Assembly: GCA_902540805.1 (NCBI GenBank)
Contig: CACBON010000001.1
Span: 85,777 to 149,776 of the forward strand
Direction of reading: 5' to 3'
Source: an uncultured Alphaproteobacteria bacterium
Lineage (GTDB): Bacteria > Pseudomonadota > Alphaproteobacteria > Methylaequorales > Methylaequoraceae
DNA: 64,000 bases
Position 1 is the stretch's first letter, and each line of letters begins with the position of its first letter. The notes under the pieces are model-generated. The model was not told the DNA's origin and searched no databases. It saw nothing but the letters and a program-made list of their open reading frames with translations. A program made the position numbers and the translations under genes. Positions 27,247 to 36,548 of this stretch are shown piece by piece.

Positions 27247-29418
27247 ATGGAAGCCATGCGTGGATCTCAAAAATCAATTATTCTAGTTGCAAGACAACTT
27301 GGGGTTCATATTGGTCCAAACGATATTCCAGAAAGATTTCAAATTGAAGATAGAGAGCTAAGAATTTCTGAAATGTGTGACTTAGCTCATTCATTTGATT
27401 TAAAAGCAAAAGCAACCAAAATTAGCGAAAAGGAATTAGTAAAGCTCTTATCTAAAAAACAACAAATCTTAAGACTTAAAAATGGCAGATACATAATAGC
27501 GTTAAGAGTTATTCAAGGTGAAAAAGATGACGATAAGTCAGTTTTATGCCTTGATACTGGTGTAACAAGTCCTAAACCTCAACAAATTAATTTAAAAGAA
27601 TTAAAAAAAGGGTGGGATGGAGAAGTTATTCTATTAAAAGCTAAACTTAAAAAATTTGAAGAGGATAGCGAATTAAAAATTGGATGGTTAATTGGCGAAT
27701 CATTTAGAAATAAATCTGTTATGATTCAGGTTATAATAGTAGCTTTGATTTTGAACATTTTTGCAGTTATACCTGCTGTTTTCATGATGTTGGTGTTGGA
27801 TAAAGTTGTGAACTATGAAGCTTATTCAACTTTATATGTCATAACTTCAGGTGTTATTGTTGCGTATGTATTTAATGGAATACTTGGGTATTTAAAATCA
27901 TATCTTCTTGATTTTTTCTCACAAAAAGTTGAAGCAAAACTTTCAGTTAAAGTTTTTGAAAAATTAATTGCTTTACCAATGCAAAGGTTTCACAAAGAAT
28001 CCGCCACTTTTTTGAGATTCACAGGACAAATATCTCAGATAAAAAGCCTTTTGACTCAAAAAGTTTTCTCAACAGCACTAGACTCAATCAGTTTACTTGT
28101 TTTTGTTCCCATTCTATTTTTTTATAGTCCTTTACTATTTATTGTTGTGTTTTCATTCAGTATATTAGGAGCTTTAGCATCAATGTTTTACTCAAAAAAA
28201 CAAAGAGATTCTCTTGCTGGTTTAAGTAAGGCTGAATCAAAGAGACAAGAATTTATTTCTGTTGCTGTAAACGGAATCGAGAATGTGAAGGGACTTGCTC
28301 TTGAACCTAATTTGAAAGATCAGTGGAGAGATTTGGAAGCAAATTATATTATTGCAAATGAAGAAATGCAAAAAAAGTCAGCAGTTTTAAACAACATTTC
28401 ATCAACCATAAATCAACTTATGACTGCAATGGTTATTTTTGTCGGAGTGCATCTTGTATTTTCTGGATCTCTTTCAGCCGGAATTTTAGTAGGTTTTAAT
28501 ATGCTTGCTGGCAGAGTTTCAAAGCCAATAATTGATCTAGTTACGCTAAAAACAGAAATAACAAAATTAGTTCAATCCCTTCAGATCATATCAGGAATAG
28601 TGGATGCTAACACCGAAACAACTGTTAGAGGCCAAAAACCTCAACTCATGGGACAAGTTAGTTTTAAAAATGTTGAGTTTGGGTACGACGATAACACAAA
28701 AGTATTAAATGATATTGACATTGAAATTAACCCAAGACAGATAATTGGTATAACTGGTAAAAGTGGTTGTGGGAAAAGTACCATTGCAAAACTAATTCAA
28801 GGTTTATATAGACCGCAAGCTGGCATCGTAGCCCTTGATAATATAGATCTACGTCTATTGGACCTGAGTCACGTAAGATCACAGGTTTCATTAGTTGGAA
28901 CAGATAGTTATTTTTTTCCTGGAACAATAAGAGAAACAATAGCAAGTGCAATGCCAAATTCTTCAATGGACAGAATAACTTGGGCTGCAAAAAAAGTTTT
29001 CGCACATGAAGAAATTGAGTCTTATCCTGATGGATATGAAACATTCTTAGAAGAAAATGCTACAAATCTTGCAACTGGCTTAAGACAAAAACTAGCAATT
29101 GCCAGAGCACTTATTAGAAACCCTCGTATCATGATACTTGATGACGCTTTCACAGGTTTTGACGTTGACAGTGAAATAAAATTATACGATGCACTATCAG
29201 ATATTGCTCTTGGCAGAACGATAATTATCGTATCAAACAGGGTTTGGCACCTTCGACTTTGTAATAAAATCTTTGTACTTGAAAAGGGGAAAATATCTCA
29301 ACAGGGTTCTTTTGAAGAATTAAGACAAATTTCAGGTTATTTTGGTCAAACGTATAATAAGCAAATGTCTATTTTGGGAGTTGATAACAAAATTAAATCT
29401 ATAAAGAGGGCCGGGTAA
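27247..29418 (+). CDS. HlyB-type T1SS ABC protein with an N-terminal C39-like (non-catalytic) domain and degenerate ATPase motifs
   Basis: 723 aa: a ~160-aa N-terminal cytoplasmic domain ending KGWDGEVILLK, six-TM region, and an NBD with Walker A GKSGCGKST. Signature is LATGL (not LSGGQ), Walker B is ILDDA (Asp for the catalytic Glu), H-loop position is SNR, and the Q-loop is VGTD. Confidence 0.85.
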   Translation: MEAMRGSQKSIILVARQLGVHIGPNDIPERFQIEDRELRISEMCDLAHSFDLKAKATKISEKELVKLLSKKQQILRLKNGRYIIALRVIQGEKDDDKSVLCLDTGVTSPKPQQINLKELKKGWDGEVILLKAKLKKFEEDSELKIGWLIGESFRNKSVMIQVIIVALILNIFAVIPAVFMMLVLDKVVNYEAYSTLYVITSGVIVAYVFNGILGYLKSYLLDFFSQKVEAKLSVKVFEKLIALPMQRFHKESATFLRFTGQISQIKSLLTQKVFSTALDSISLLVFVPILFFYSPLLFIVVFSFSILGALASMFYSKKQRDSLAGLSKAESKRQEFISVAVNGIENVKGLALEPNLKDQWRDLEANYIIANEEMQKKSAVLNNISSTINQLMTAMVIFVGVHLVFSGSLSAGILVGFNMLAGRVSKPIIDLVTLKTEITKLVQSLQIISGIVDANTETTVRGQKPQLMGQVSFKNVEFGYDDNTKVLNDIDIEINPRQIIGITGKSGCGKSTIAKLIQGLYRPQAGIVALDNIDLRLLDLSHVRSQVSLVGTDSYFFPGTIRETIASAMPNSSMDRITWAAKKVFAHEEIESYPDGYETFLEENATNLATGLRQKLAIARALIRNPRIMILDDAFTGFDVDSEIKLYDALSDIALGRTIIIVSNRVWHLRLCNKIFVLEKGKISQQGSFEELRQISGYFGQTYNKQMSILGVDNKIKSIKRAG

Positions 29419-29424
29419 CTAAAT

Positions 29425-31149
29425 ATGGCTGAAAAAAAAAATATACAACCGGCTGTTAGAAATTTAGCTGCTGGTGATGTGCTTTTTAGAGAAGGTGAAG
29501 TTGGTGACTATGCCTATCAAATAGTAAAAGGAAAAATAGAGGTATGTAAATTCAACGGTGACGAATACGTCACTTTATCAATACTTGAAAAAGGCGCGTT
29601 GTTTGGAGAAATGGCATTAATTGACAAACAACCAAGAAGTGCAATGGCTAGAGCAACTGTTGAGACAACGGTAAAAGAAATTGATCAAAATGCTTTATTA
29701 GGCTATCTCAAAAACTCTCCTCAAACAGCTTTTAATATGATGCAGCAACTTGCAAGCTACGCTAGAAATGCAAACGAAAAATTGTCTGTGGATGCTTTTG
29801 AATCTGGAAATGAAAATGAAAATAACAAAGATCAAGAAGAAGTTTTAACTGAGGAGGAAAAAGAAAATAGATCAAAGAAAAAAATGATGAGTGAATTGTT
29901 GGATGAGTTTGATGACGATATTGATAGAATTAAAACAAAACAGGTACCTCGTTCAGTAAAAATGTCAGTTTATTCATTTGGTTTCCTAATTTTATTTTTA
30001 ATTACTTGGGGCACTATTTCCGAAATTGATACTACAATTTCTGCTTCTGGTAAAATTACCACCGTTGTTCCAAATGTAGAGGTGCAATCAAACTATAATT
30101 CTGTTGTCAAAGAAATACTTGTAAAAAAAGGCGAGAGTGTCAATCAAGGAGACCCACTCGTAACTTTCGATGCTACACTTCAAAGAGCGGATAAAATGAA
30201 ACTTGATTATCAGCTTTCAGTTGTAAATTCAAAAATTGACAGACTAAAAAAGCAATCATTGTTAAGGAATAATGTTTCGGTTGCAAACCCAAATGACGAA
30301 AGACAAAGCAGAATCTTCAAAGATAAAAAAGACCAATATTTAGCAAAGATTGCTTCATTAGATCAACAAATAGGTTCTACAGAAGACGATTTAAAGTTTA
30401 TCAAGGAACAACTTGATATACAAAAGCAGCTAGAAGATTCAAAGTTGGAGTTATTTGAACTTGATCTTGTAGCAGAGTCACAAGTTTTAGCTGAAAAAAA
30501 CAAAAGGTTATCTTTAGAAAAAGAATTCACAAAAACTAGCAATAAACTAAGCGAATTAAAATCTAATAGAAAAGAATATAATAGCCAATTTTTTGGAGGA
30601 ATAAACGATGAGCTTGTTGCATTAGAGGATCAAAGAATGTCGCTACAAGAAGATGTAAAAAAACTTGAAAGACAACAAACTGATGTAGTGGTGAGAGCGC
30701 CGTCTGACGGTATGATTCTAGACCTTCATTCTTTATATCCTGGAGCAGTAATAACACAAGGTAAAAGTGTTGTTACATTGGTACCAACAGGTGTGGAATT
30801 ATTAACTGTTTTTGATGTTGATCCCTCTGATATTAGCAAACTAATTCCGGATACGTCTGTTAAAATTCAACTTAATGCCCTTCCAGCACAAAAACACGGT
30901 GAGTTAAAAGGAAAGCTTATTTATGTTTCTGCTGACACAATTGATAAAGACGTCGATGGAAAACCAGGAAATTTTTATAGGGCTAGGGCTCAAATAACAG
31001 AAAATGAGTTAAAAGATATTCCTCCAGGATTTAATTTAATGCCAGGAATGAAAGTTTCAGGAAAGTTTAGAGTTGGGCAAAGAAGATTAATTACGTATTT
31101 TATTTATCCACTTATAAGAACTCTTGGTAATAGTTTTGCAGAACCATGA
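29425..31149 (+). CDS. HlyD-family T1SS membrane-fusion protein with an N-terminal cyclic-nucleotide-binding domain
   Basis: 574 aa. CNB domain with phosphate-binding cassette FGEMALIDKQPRSAMARA, an acidic linker, one TM (VYSFGFLILFLITWGTI), then HlyD lipoyl/coiled-coil/beta-barrel regions (GKITTVVPN...GDPLVTFD ... VRAPSDGMI). Confidence 0.85.
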   Translation: MAEKKNIQPAVRNLAAGDVLFREGEVGDYAYQIVKGKIEVCKFNGDEYVTLSILEKGALFGEMALIDKQPRSAMARATVETTVKEIDQNALLGYLKNSPQTAFNMMQQLASYARNANEKLSVDAFESGNENENNKDQEEVLTEEEKENRSKKKMMSELLDEFDDDIDRIKTKQVPRSVKMSVYSFGFLILFLITWGTISEIDTTISASGKITTVVPNVEVQSNYNSVVKEILVKKGESVNQGDPLVTFDATLQRADKMKLDYQLSVVNSKIDRLKKQSLLRNNVSVANPNDERQSRIFKDKKDQYLAKIASLDQQIGSTEDDLKFIKEQLDIQKQLEDSKLELFELDLVAESQVLAEKNKRLSLEKEFTKTSNKLSELKSNRKEYNSQFFGGINDELVALEDQRMSLQEDVKKLERQQTDVVVRAPSDGMILDLHSLYPGAVITQGKSVVTLVPTGVELLTVFDVDPSDISKLIPDTSVKIQLNALPAQKHGELKGKLIYVSADTIDKDVDGKPGNFYRARAQITENELKDIPPGFNLMPGMKVSGKFRVGQRRLITYFIYPLIRTLGNSFAEP

Positions 31150-33521
31150 TCAAATTAAAGCTAAGTTTTAGACTAATTGTTACTATTGCTTCATTAGTAA
31201 TGGCTATTCTTTTTGGTTTGATTCGTATAGCTGATCCTGAAATAGTAGAAGTTCTAAGACTAAAGTATTTTGATGTTCTTCAAAAAAAATTCCCAAGGTC
31301 TACGGATGGTCAAACTTATTCCGTAATAGTAGATATTGATGAAAAATCTCTCAGAGAAATTGGTCAATGGCCGTGGCCAAGAACTGTACTTGCTGATCTT
31401 TTTAAAAAATCTAAGGAATCAGGTATGCTTGTTTTAGGCCTAGATGTTCTATTTGCAGAAAAAGACAGAACTTCACCTGATTTAATTTCTCAAGATTTAG
31501 AAAAAAGAAACCCAACTATCGCCAAGTTATTAAGTGAACTTCCTTCTAATGAGTTTTTAGCCACAGAAGCTATGAATGACTTTCCTGTAGTAATCGGTCA
31601 CTCTGGTTTAGATGTTGAAGGTGATGCAAACAGAAATGATATAAACGATTCGTCTGTAAAAGTTTTTGTTGGTAAAGGTAAAAATCCGAAGGAATGGTTG
31701 ATATCTTATCCTGGATTGCTAGCTAATGTGACAGAGTTTGAAAAAGCTGCTTCTGGCTCCGGAACAGTGTCAGTTGCACAGGAACCTGATGGAATTATTA
31801 GAAGAGTACCCTTAATATCAAATGTTGCAGGTGAAATCAGACCAACTCTTGGGCTCGATATGATACGGGTTGCGTTTCAAGGAAATAGTATTGCCACAAG
31901 GACAGGTTTGACGGGAATTCAAGAAATAATAATTCAAACCAAGGCCATTGGAAATGCTGCCATTCCGACTGATGAGAATGGTAGAGTGTGGATTTATTAC
32001 GGTGATTCAGATGCTGGTAAAGTTAAAGAAGATACATCAAGATATTATGTAAGTGCAGTTGATATAATTAAAGGAAGAGTTGGGAAAGATAGATTACAAG
32101 GAAAACTTGGAATACTTGGCACATCGGCCACTGGATTAAAGGATATTAGACCCACGCCAGTCGATGAAAGAATGCCAGGTGTTGAAATTCATGCAAACCT
32201 TATTGATACCGTCATTTCAGCAATTCTTTATTATACATCTACAAAAAATTCTGAAAAAGTTTTTAAAGACGCATTAAAAAAAGGCTTAAGTGAAGAAGAA
32301 GCAATAATTGAAAAAAATAAAGTTAAAATTTCAGGATCTCCTTTTTTGAAATCCGGTGCAAATATGAAATTTTATGAATCACTATTTACAATTTTTCTAG
32401 CATTATTTATCACAATATCTGCATTAAAGTTTGGTCCAATTGTTAATATTTCATTACTTGTAACTATCATAAGTTCTGCTTTTTATATAAGTGTAAGGTT
32501 ATTTCTTGACCATAAAACTTTATTTGACCCAACCTTTGCAGGTGTAACAACTTTTGTAATTTATTTTGGTAACACCTTTGCAAACTACTTGCGAGATGCC
32601 AATGAGAAGAAACAGATAAGAGGTGCATTTTCACAATATCTATCCCCTGCTTTAGTAGAGCAATTAGCTGAAGATCCTGATAAATTAGTTTTGGGTGGAG
32701 AAACAAAAAAAATGACATTTCTTTTTTGTGATGTAAGAGGATTTACAACTATTTCAGAAGCTTTTAAGTCTGATCCTCAAGGCTTAACAAAACTTATTAA
32801 TAGGTTTTTAACTCCTCTTACTAATGAAATCATAAATAAAAACGGAACAATCGATAAATATATGGGAGATTGTATCATGGCTTTTTGGAATGCACCTATT
32901 GACGTCGAAAATCATGAGCAAGTTTCATGTGAAGCAGCATTAAGTATGCATAAAGCACTTAAAGAACTTAACGATATCAGAGAGCAAGAAGCAAAGTCAG
33001 ATAATAAAGATTTTTTAGAGTTAAAAATTGGAATTGGACTAAATACAGGAGGTTGTGTTGTTGGAAATATGGGGTCAGATCAAAGGTTTGATTATTCTGT
33101 GTTAGGAGACGCTGTCAATTTAGCTTCACGTCTTGAAGGTCAATCAAAAGGTTATGGCGTTAAAACAGTTATTGGACAAGAAACAAACGATGCTATTAAA
33201 GATACTTTTGCTACACTCCAACTTGATATGTTAGCAGTTAAAGGTAAAAAAGAAGCTGTTTCAATTTTTTGTTTACTTGGTGACCCCAGTTTTAAAAAAA
33301 GCCAGGATTTCAAAACCCTTGAAATAAAGCACAAAAACATATTAAATAACTATTTCAATCAAAATTGGGGAGAAGCTATGGAGGAAATGACTCAGGCAAA
33401 AACACTTTGTAAAAACTTGATGAAAGATTATTATGAAATGATGACAGATAGAATTAATGAATATAAAAAGTCTCCTCCGCCAAAAGATTGGGATGGTGTT
33501 TTTGTTGCAACCTCAAAATAA
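31146..33521 (+). CDS. CHASE2-sensor class III adenylate/guanylate cyclase (adenylate-type specificity residues)
   Basis: 791 aa. N-terminal TM, CHASE2 hallmark DIDEKSLREIGQWPWPR, three TMs, then a cyclase domain FLFCDVRGFTTISE...DKYMGDCIMAFWNAP...RFDYSVLGDAVNLASRLEG. ATGA overlap with the upstream gene. Confidence 0.9.
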   Translation: MIKLKLSFRLIVTIASLVMAILFGLIRIADPEIVEVLRLKYFDVLQKKFPRSTDGQTYSVIVDIDEKSLREIGQWPWPRTVLADLFKKSKESGMLVLGLDVLFAEKDRTSPDLISQDLEKRNPTIAKLLSELPSNEFLATEAMNDFPVVIGHSGLDVEGDANRNDINDSSVKVFVGKGKNPKEWLISYPGLLANVTEFEKAASGSGTVSVAQEPDGIIRRVPLISNVAGEIRPTLGLDMIRVAFQGNSIATRTGLTGIQEIIIQTKAIGNAAIPTDENGRVWIYYGDSDAGKVKEDTSRYYVSAVDIIKGRVGKDRLQGKLGILGTSATGLKDIRPTPVDERMPGVEIHANLIDTVISAILYYTSTKNSEKVFKDALKKGLSEEEAIIEKNKVKISGSPFLKSGANMKFYESLFTIFLALFITISALKFGPIVNISLLVTIISSAFYISVRLFLDHKTLFDPTFAGVTTFVIYFGNTFANYLRDANEKKQIRGAFSQYLSPALVEQLAEDPDKLVLGGETKKMTFLFCDVRGFTTISEAFKSDPQGLTKLINRFLTPLTNEIINKNGTIDKYMGDCIMAFWNAPIDVENHEQVSCEAALSMHKALKELNDIREQEAKSDNKDFLELKIGIGLNTGGCVVGNMGSDQRFDYSVLGDAVNLASRLEGQSKGYGVKTVIGQETNDAIKDTFATLQLDMLAVKGKKEAVSIFCLLGDPSFKKSQDFKTLEIKHKNILNNYFNQNWGEAMEEMTQAKTLCKNLMKDYYEMMTDRINEYKKSPPPKDWDGVFVATSK

Positions 33522-33534
33522 AAACTAGGTTAAA

Positions 33535-33975
33535 ATGAGTTTAAAAAAGATTAGAGTTCTTCCAGATCAATATATCGTTCGAGAGGGTGAAGTTGGGGAA
33601 ACTGCTTTCTTAGTTATCTCAGGTGGATTAATCGCAGAAATTAAAGGAAAAAAAATAGGTAAAATTGAAACAGGTGAAATCTTTGGAGAACTTTCCTTAA
33701 TTCTTGGCGAAAACAGAACTGCAAGCGTAAAAGCAGTTGTCCCAAGTGAAGTTGTTGAAATAAAAAGAAAGGCATTAGAGGCTATTTTGTTATCGTCAAA
33801 TATAGATTTGCATAAAATTATTAACGAAATGTCAAAGGAATTAGGAAAGTCTGACGACCAAAAACTTCCTATTACCAAAGCTGATCTTTTAAAACTTACC
33901 AAAGACTCTCCTAACGTAATAAGAGCTCTAGCATTACAGATTCATTATAGATTATCTCAAAGGATATTCTCTTGA
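33535..33975 (+). CDS. Stand-alone cyclic-nucleotide-binding domain protein (no HTH)
   Basis: 146 aa with PBC FGELSLILGENRTASVKA. Too short for a CRP-type DNA-binding domain. Confidence 0.8.
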   Translation: MSLKKIRVLPDQYIVREGEVGETAFLVISGGLIAEIKGKKIGKIETGEIFGELSLILGENRTASVKAVVPSEVVEIKRKALEAILLSSNIDLHKIINEMSKELGKSDDQKLPITKADLLKLTKDSPNVIRALALQIHYRLSQRIFS

Positions 33976-34439
33976 AAGAAGTTAGTCACGGAAAAACAAC
34001 AAAAGTTTTAATGCTAGAAGGAGAAACACTTTTTAATCAAGGTGATAAGGGTAATAAAGCTTACATGATAGTTCAAGGAGCTCTTGATGTAGTAGTTGAT
34101 GGAAAAAAAGTCGGTTCTATGAGAGATGGAGAGGTTTTTGGTGAAATGGCTTTAATTTTAAAACAAAACAGAAGCGCAACAATTACATCAAGTCAATCCA
34201 CAGAGTTGATATCCATTAGTAAAGAAAATCTTGATGAGCTTATTAATTCTGGTTCAAAAGCTGCTCAGAGGATAATTAGAGATTTATGTGAAGAACTCGC
34301 CAAAAGGACTGAATTTCAAAAAGTACTTTATTCACATAAGGAAATAGATGAGATAATAGCGTCAGAGAATCAAATAATACAAAAAATCACAAAACAAATT
34401 CTTTATAGATTAGAGCGGTCAACAAGTCATGTTGAATAA
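33972..34439 (+). CDS. Stand-alone cyclic-nucleotide-binding domain protein (no HTH)
   Basis: 155 aa with PBC FGEMALILKQNRSATITS. TTG start overlapping the upstream TGA (TTGA). Confidence 0.75.
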   Translation: MKEVSHGKTTKVLMLEGETLFNQGDKGNKAYMIVQGALDVVVDGKKVGSMRDGEVFGEMALILKQNRSATITSSQSTELISISKENLDELINSGSKAAQRIIRDLCEELAKRTEFQKVLYSHKEIDEIIASENQIIQKITKQILYRLERSTSHVE

Positions 34440-34476
34440 AGATTTTATTAATTTCTACAATATGTTATTATAAGAT

Positions 34477-36174
34477 ATGAAATATTCAGATTATATTCAT
34501 GAATCAGAGATTAATCATAAATCTTTAAGTTATAATCTTCTCACTCCGAAGGCAACCAAAGGAAAACCCCTAAAGCCTCAAAAAATTAAAGTATCTCCTG
34601 CCAAGGCATTGACTCTGTTAGCCCCATACACAATTTCCAGAGTTATGGAGCAAATCAAAGCAGTTGTTCCACTTGCAGCATATTTATTTCTATTTCAACT
34701 TTTAATTCTAAGACAACCAATCTCTTCAGCGACCACAATTTGTCTAGGATTGATTGCAGTAATAATAGGCCTAGCAATTTTTATGGAGGGTCTTAAAACC
34801 GGTTTAATGCCATTTGGCAATGTAATTGGAGATACATTACCAAAAAAAGCACCTATGGTTCTTGTTTTAATTATTATTGGAATACTAGGAGTTGGGGTAA
34901 CTTATGCGGAACCAGCTATCGGAGCACTCAAAGCTTTTGGTTCGTCAATAAATCCACAGGACGCACCATATCTCTATGAGATACTCAACAATAGAAGTGA
35001 AACCTTAGTTGTAATGGTCGGTGCTGGCGTTGGACTAGCTGCTATCATTGGAACAATAAGGTTTGTAAAAGGTTGGTCTCTTAAACCTATGATTTATGCG
35101 GCTCTTGCACCAACAATAATTCTTACTGCATATGTATGGAGTAACCCTGATTTAAGAACTATTCTTGGATTAGCTTGGGATTGCGGAGCTGTTACTACTG
35201 GACCAGTTACTGTACCTCTTGTGCTATCACTAGGTATTGGAATTGCAGCATCAGCTGGCAAAGGAGATTCATCTCTTTCTGGTTTTGGCGTTGTTACAAT
35301 GGCTTCATTATTTCCAATTATCGCTGTTCTGATTCTTGCCATACACGTTTCTCAAACAATCTCAGTTGAGGAAATAATTGCTTCGACTGATATGGCTTCA
35401 GATATGGCCATAGGAGAGGTTTCTAAGTGGTCACAAACCCCGTTTGTTGAGATTATTGGAGGAGTCAGAGCAATACTTCCACTTGTAATATTTTTAATGA
35501 TTGTGCTTTTTGTAATCCTTAAATCTAAACTTCCTAATAATATGATAACAACTTATGGGCTAACTTTGTCCATTGTTGGAATGTGTGTCTTCAATATAGG
35601 TCTTACATATGGTTTAGGAGCAATAGGTGGCCAAGCTGGAACTAATCTTCCTGCTGCCTTTATGGAAGTTCCTGTAAGTGAAGTATCACCAATTTATAAC
35701 GAATTATTAGGTTTAACTATAGTAATCCTTTTCGCTTGGCTTTTAGGATTTGGCGCAACTCTTGCTGAGCCTGCACTTAATGCTCTTGGTTTAACAGTTC
35801 AAGAGCTCACAAATGGTGCCTTCAAAAAGTCAATGTTAATGTATAGTGTTGCCGGGGGCGTTGCATTTGGGATAGCCTTAGGTGTAGGAAAAATTGTCTT
35901 TGCTTTTGACTTAGCAACAGTTTTAATACCACTTTATCTTCTTGCAATTGTTTTAACTTACTTTTCAACTGAAGAATTTGTTAATGTCGCCTGGGATAGC
36001 GCTGGAGTCACAACCGGTCCTGTAACTGTACCACTTGTTTTGGCAATGGGTCTTGGTTTAGGAAATGCTGTATCCGCCACTGAGGGTTTTGGCATTCTAT
36101 CTATGGCAAGTATTTGTCCAATTCTTGCTGTACTCTTAATGGGACTATATATACAATTTAAACAAAAAAAATAA
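34477..36174 (+). CDS. Polytopic membrane protein with two DUF1538 domains
   Basis: 565 aa, about 12+ TMs. Duplicated signature AWDCGAVTTGPVTVPLVLSLGIG / AWDSAGVTTGPVTVPLVLAMGLG. Confidence 0.8.
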   Translation: MKYSDYIHESEINHKSLSYNLLTPKATKGKPLKPQKIKVSPAKALTLLAPYTISRVMEQIKAVVPLAAYLFLFQLLILRQPISSATTICLGLIAVIIGLAIFMEGLKTGLMPFGNVIGDTLPKKAPMVLVLIIIGILGVGVTYAEPAIGALKAFGSSINPQDAPYLYEILNNRSETLVVMVGAGVGLAAIIGTIRFVKGWSLKPMIYAALAPTIILTAYVWSNPDLRTILGLAWDCGAVTTGPVTVPLVLSLGIGIAASAGKGDSSLSGFGVVTMASLFPIIAVLILAIHVSQTISVEEIIASTDMASDMAIGEVSKWSQTPFVEIIGGVRAILPLVIFLMIVLFVILKSKLPNNMITTYGLTLSIVGMCVFNIGLTYGLGAIGGQAGTNLPAAFMEVPVSEVSPIYNELLGLTIVILFAWLLGFGATLAEPALNALGLTVQELTNGAFKKSMLMYSVAGGVAFGIALGVGKIVFAFDLATVLIPLYLLAIVLTYFSTEEFVNVAWDSAGVTTGPVTVPLVLAMGLGLGNAVSATEGFGILSMASICPILAVLLMGLYIQFKQKK

Positions 36175-36189
36175 TTAAAGGAAACAATT

Positions 36190-36546
36190 ATGGCCAGAGA
36201 TATCACTTATTTAACAGACGTTTTTTTAATCACTTGTGTTGTTGAAAGTGGTCTTGCCGACAAAATCATTGATGCAGCCACAAATGTTGGAGCACAAGGT
36301 GCAACAATTAACTATGCCAGGGGTACTGGCATTAGAAATAGAATGGGACTTCTTGGTGTAACTATAGACGAGCAAAAGGAAATAATAAGAATTATTGTTT
36401 CTAAAGAACAATCGAATAGAGTTTTTGAATCAATGTACTTAGCTGGAAATCTCGATACACCTGGGAAAGGAATAATGTGGATGGTTAAACTTGACAGAGT
36501 TGCGACTCATATACCTAAAGATGTCATTAAACGAGCCGGAGGGTAA
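36190..36546 (+). CDS. PII-like signal-transduction protein
   Basis: 118 aa. PII-like beta-alpha-beta pattern with a T-loop-like ARGTGIRNRMGLLG. Canonical neighbour of DUF1538 genes. Confidence 0.7.
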   Translation: MARDITYLTDVFLITCVVESGLADKIIDAATNVGAQGATINYARGTGIRNRMGLLGVTIDEQKEIIRIIVSKEQSNRVFESMYLAGNLDTPGKGIMWMVKLDRVATHIPKDVIKRAGG

Positions 36547-36548
36547 GT

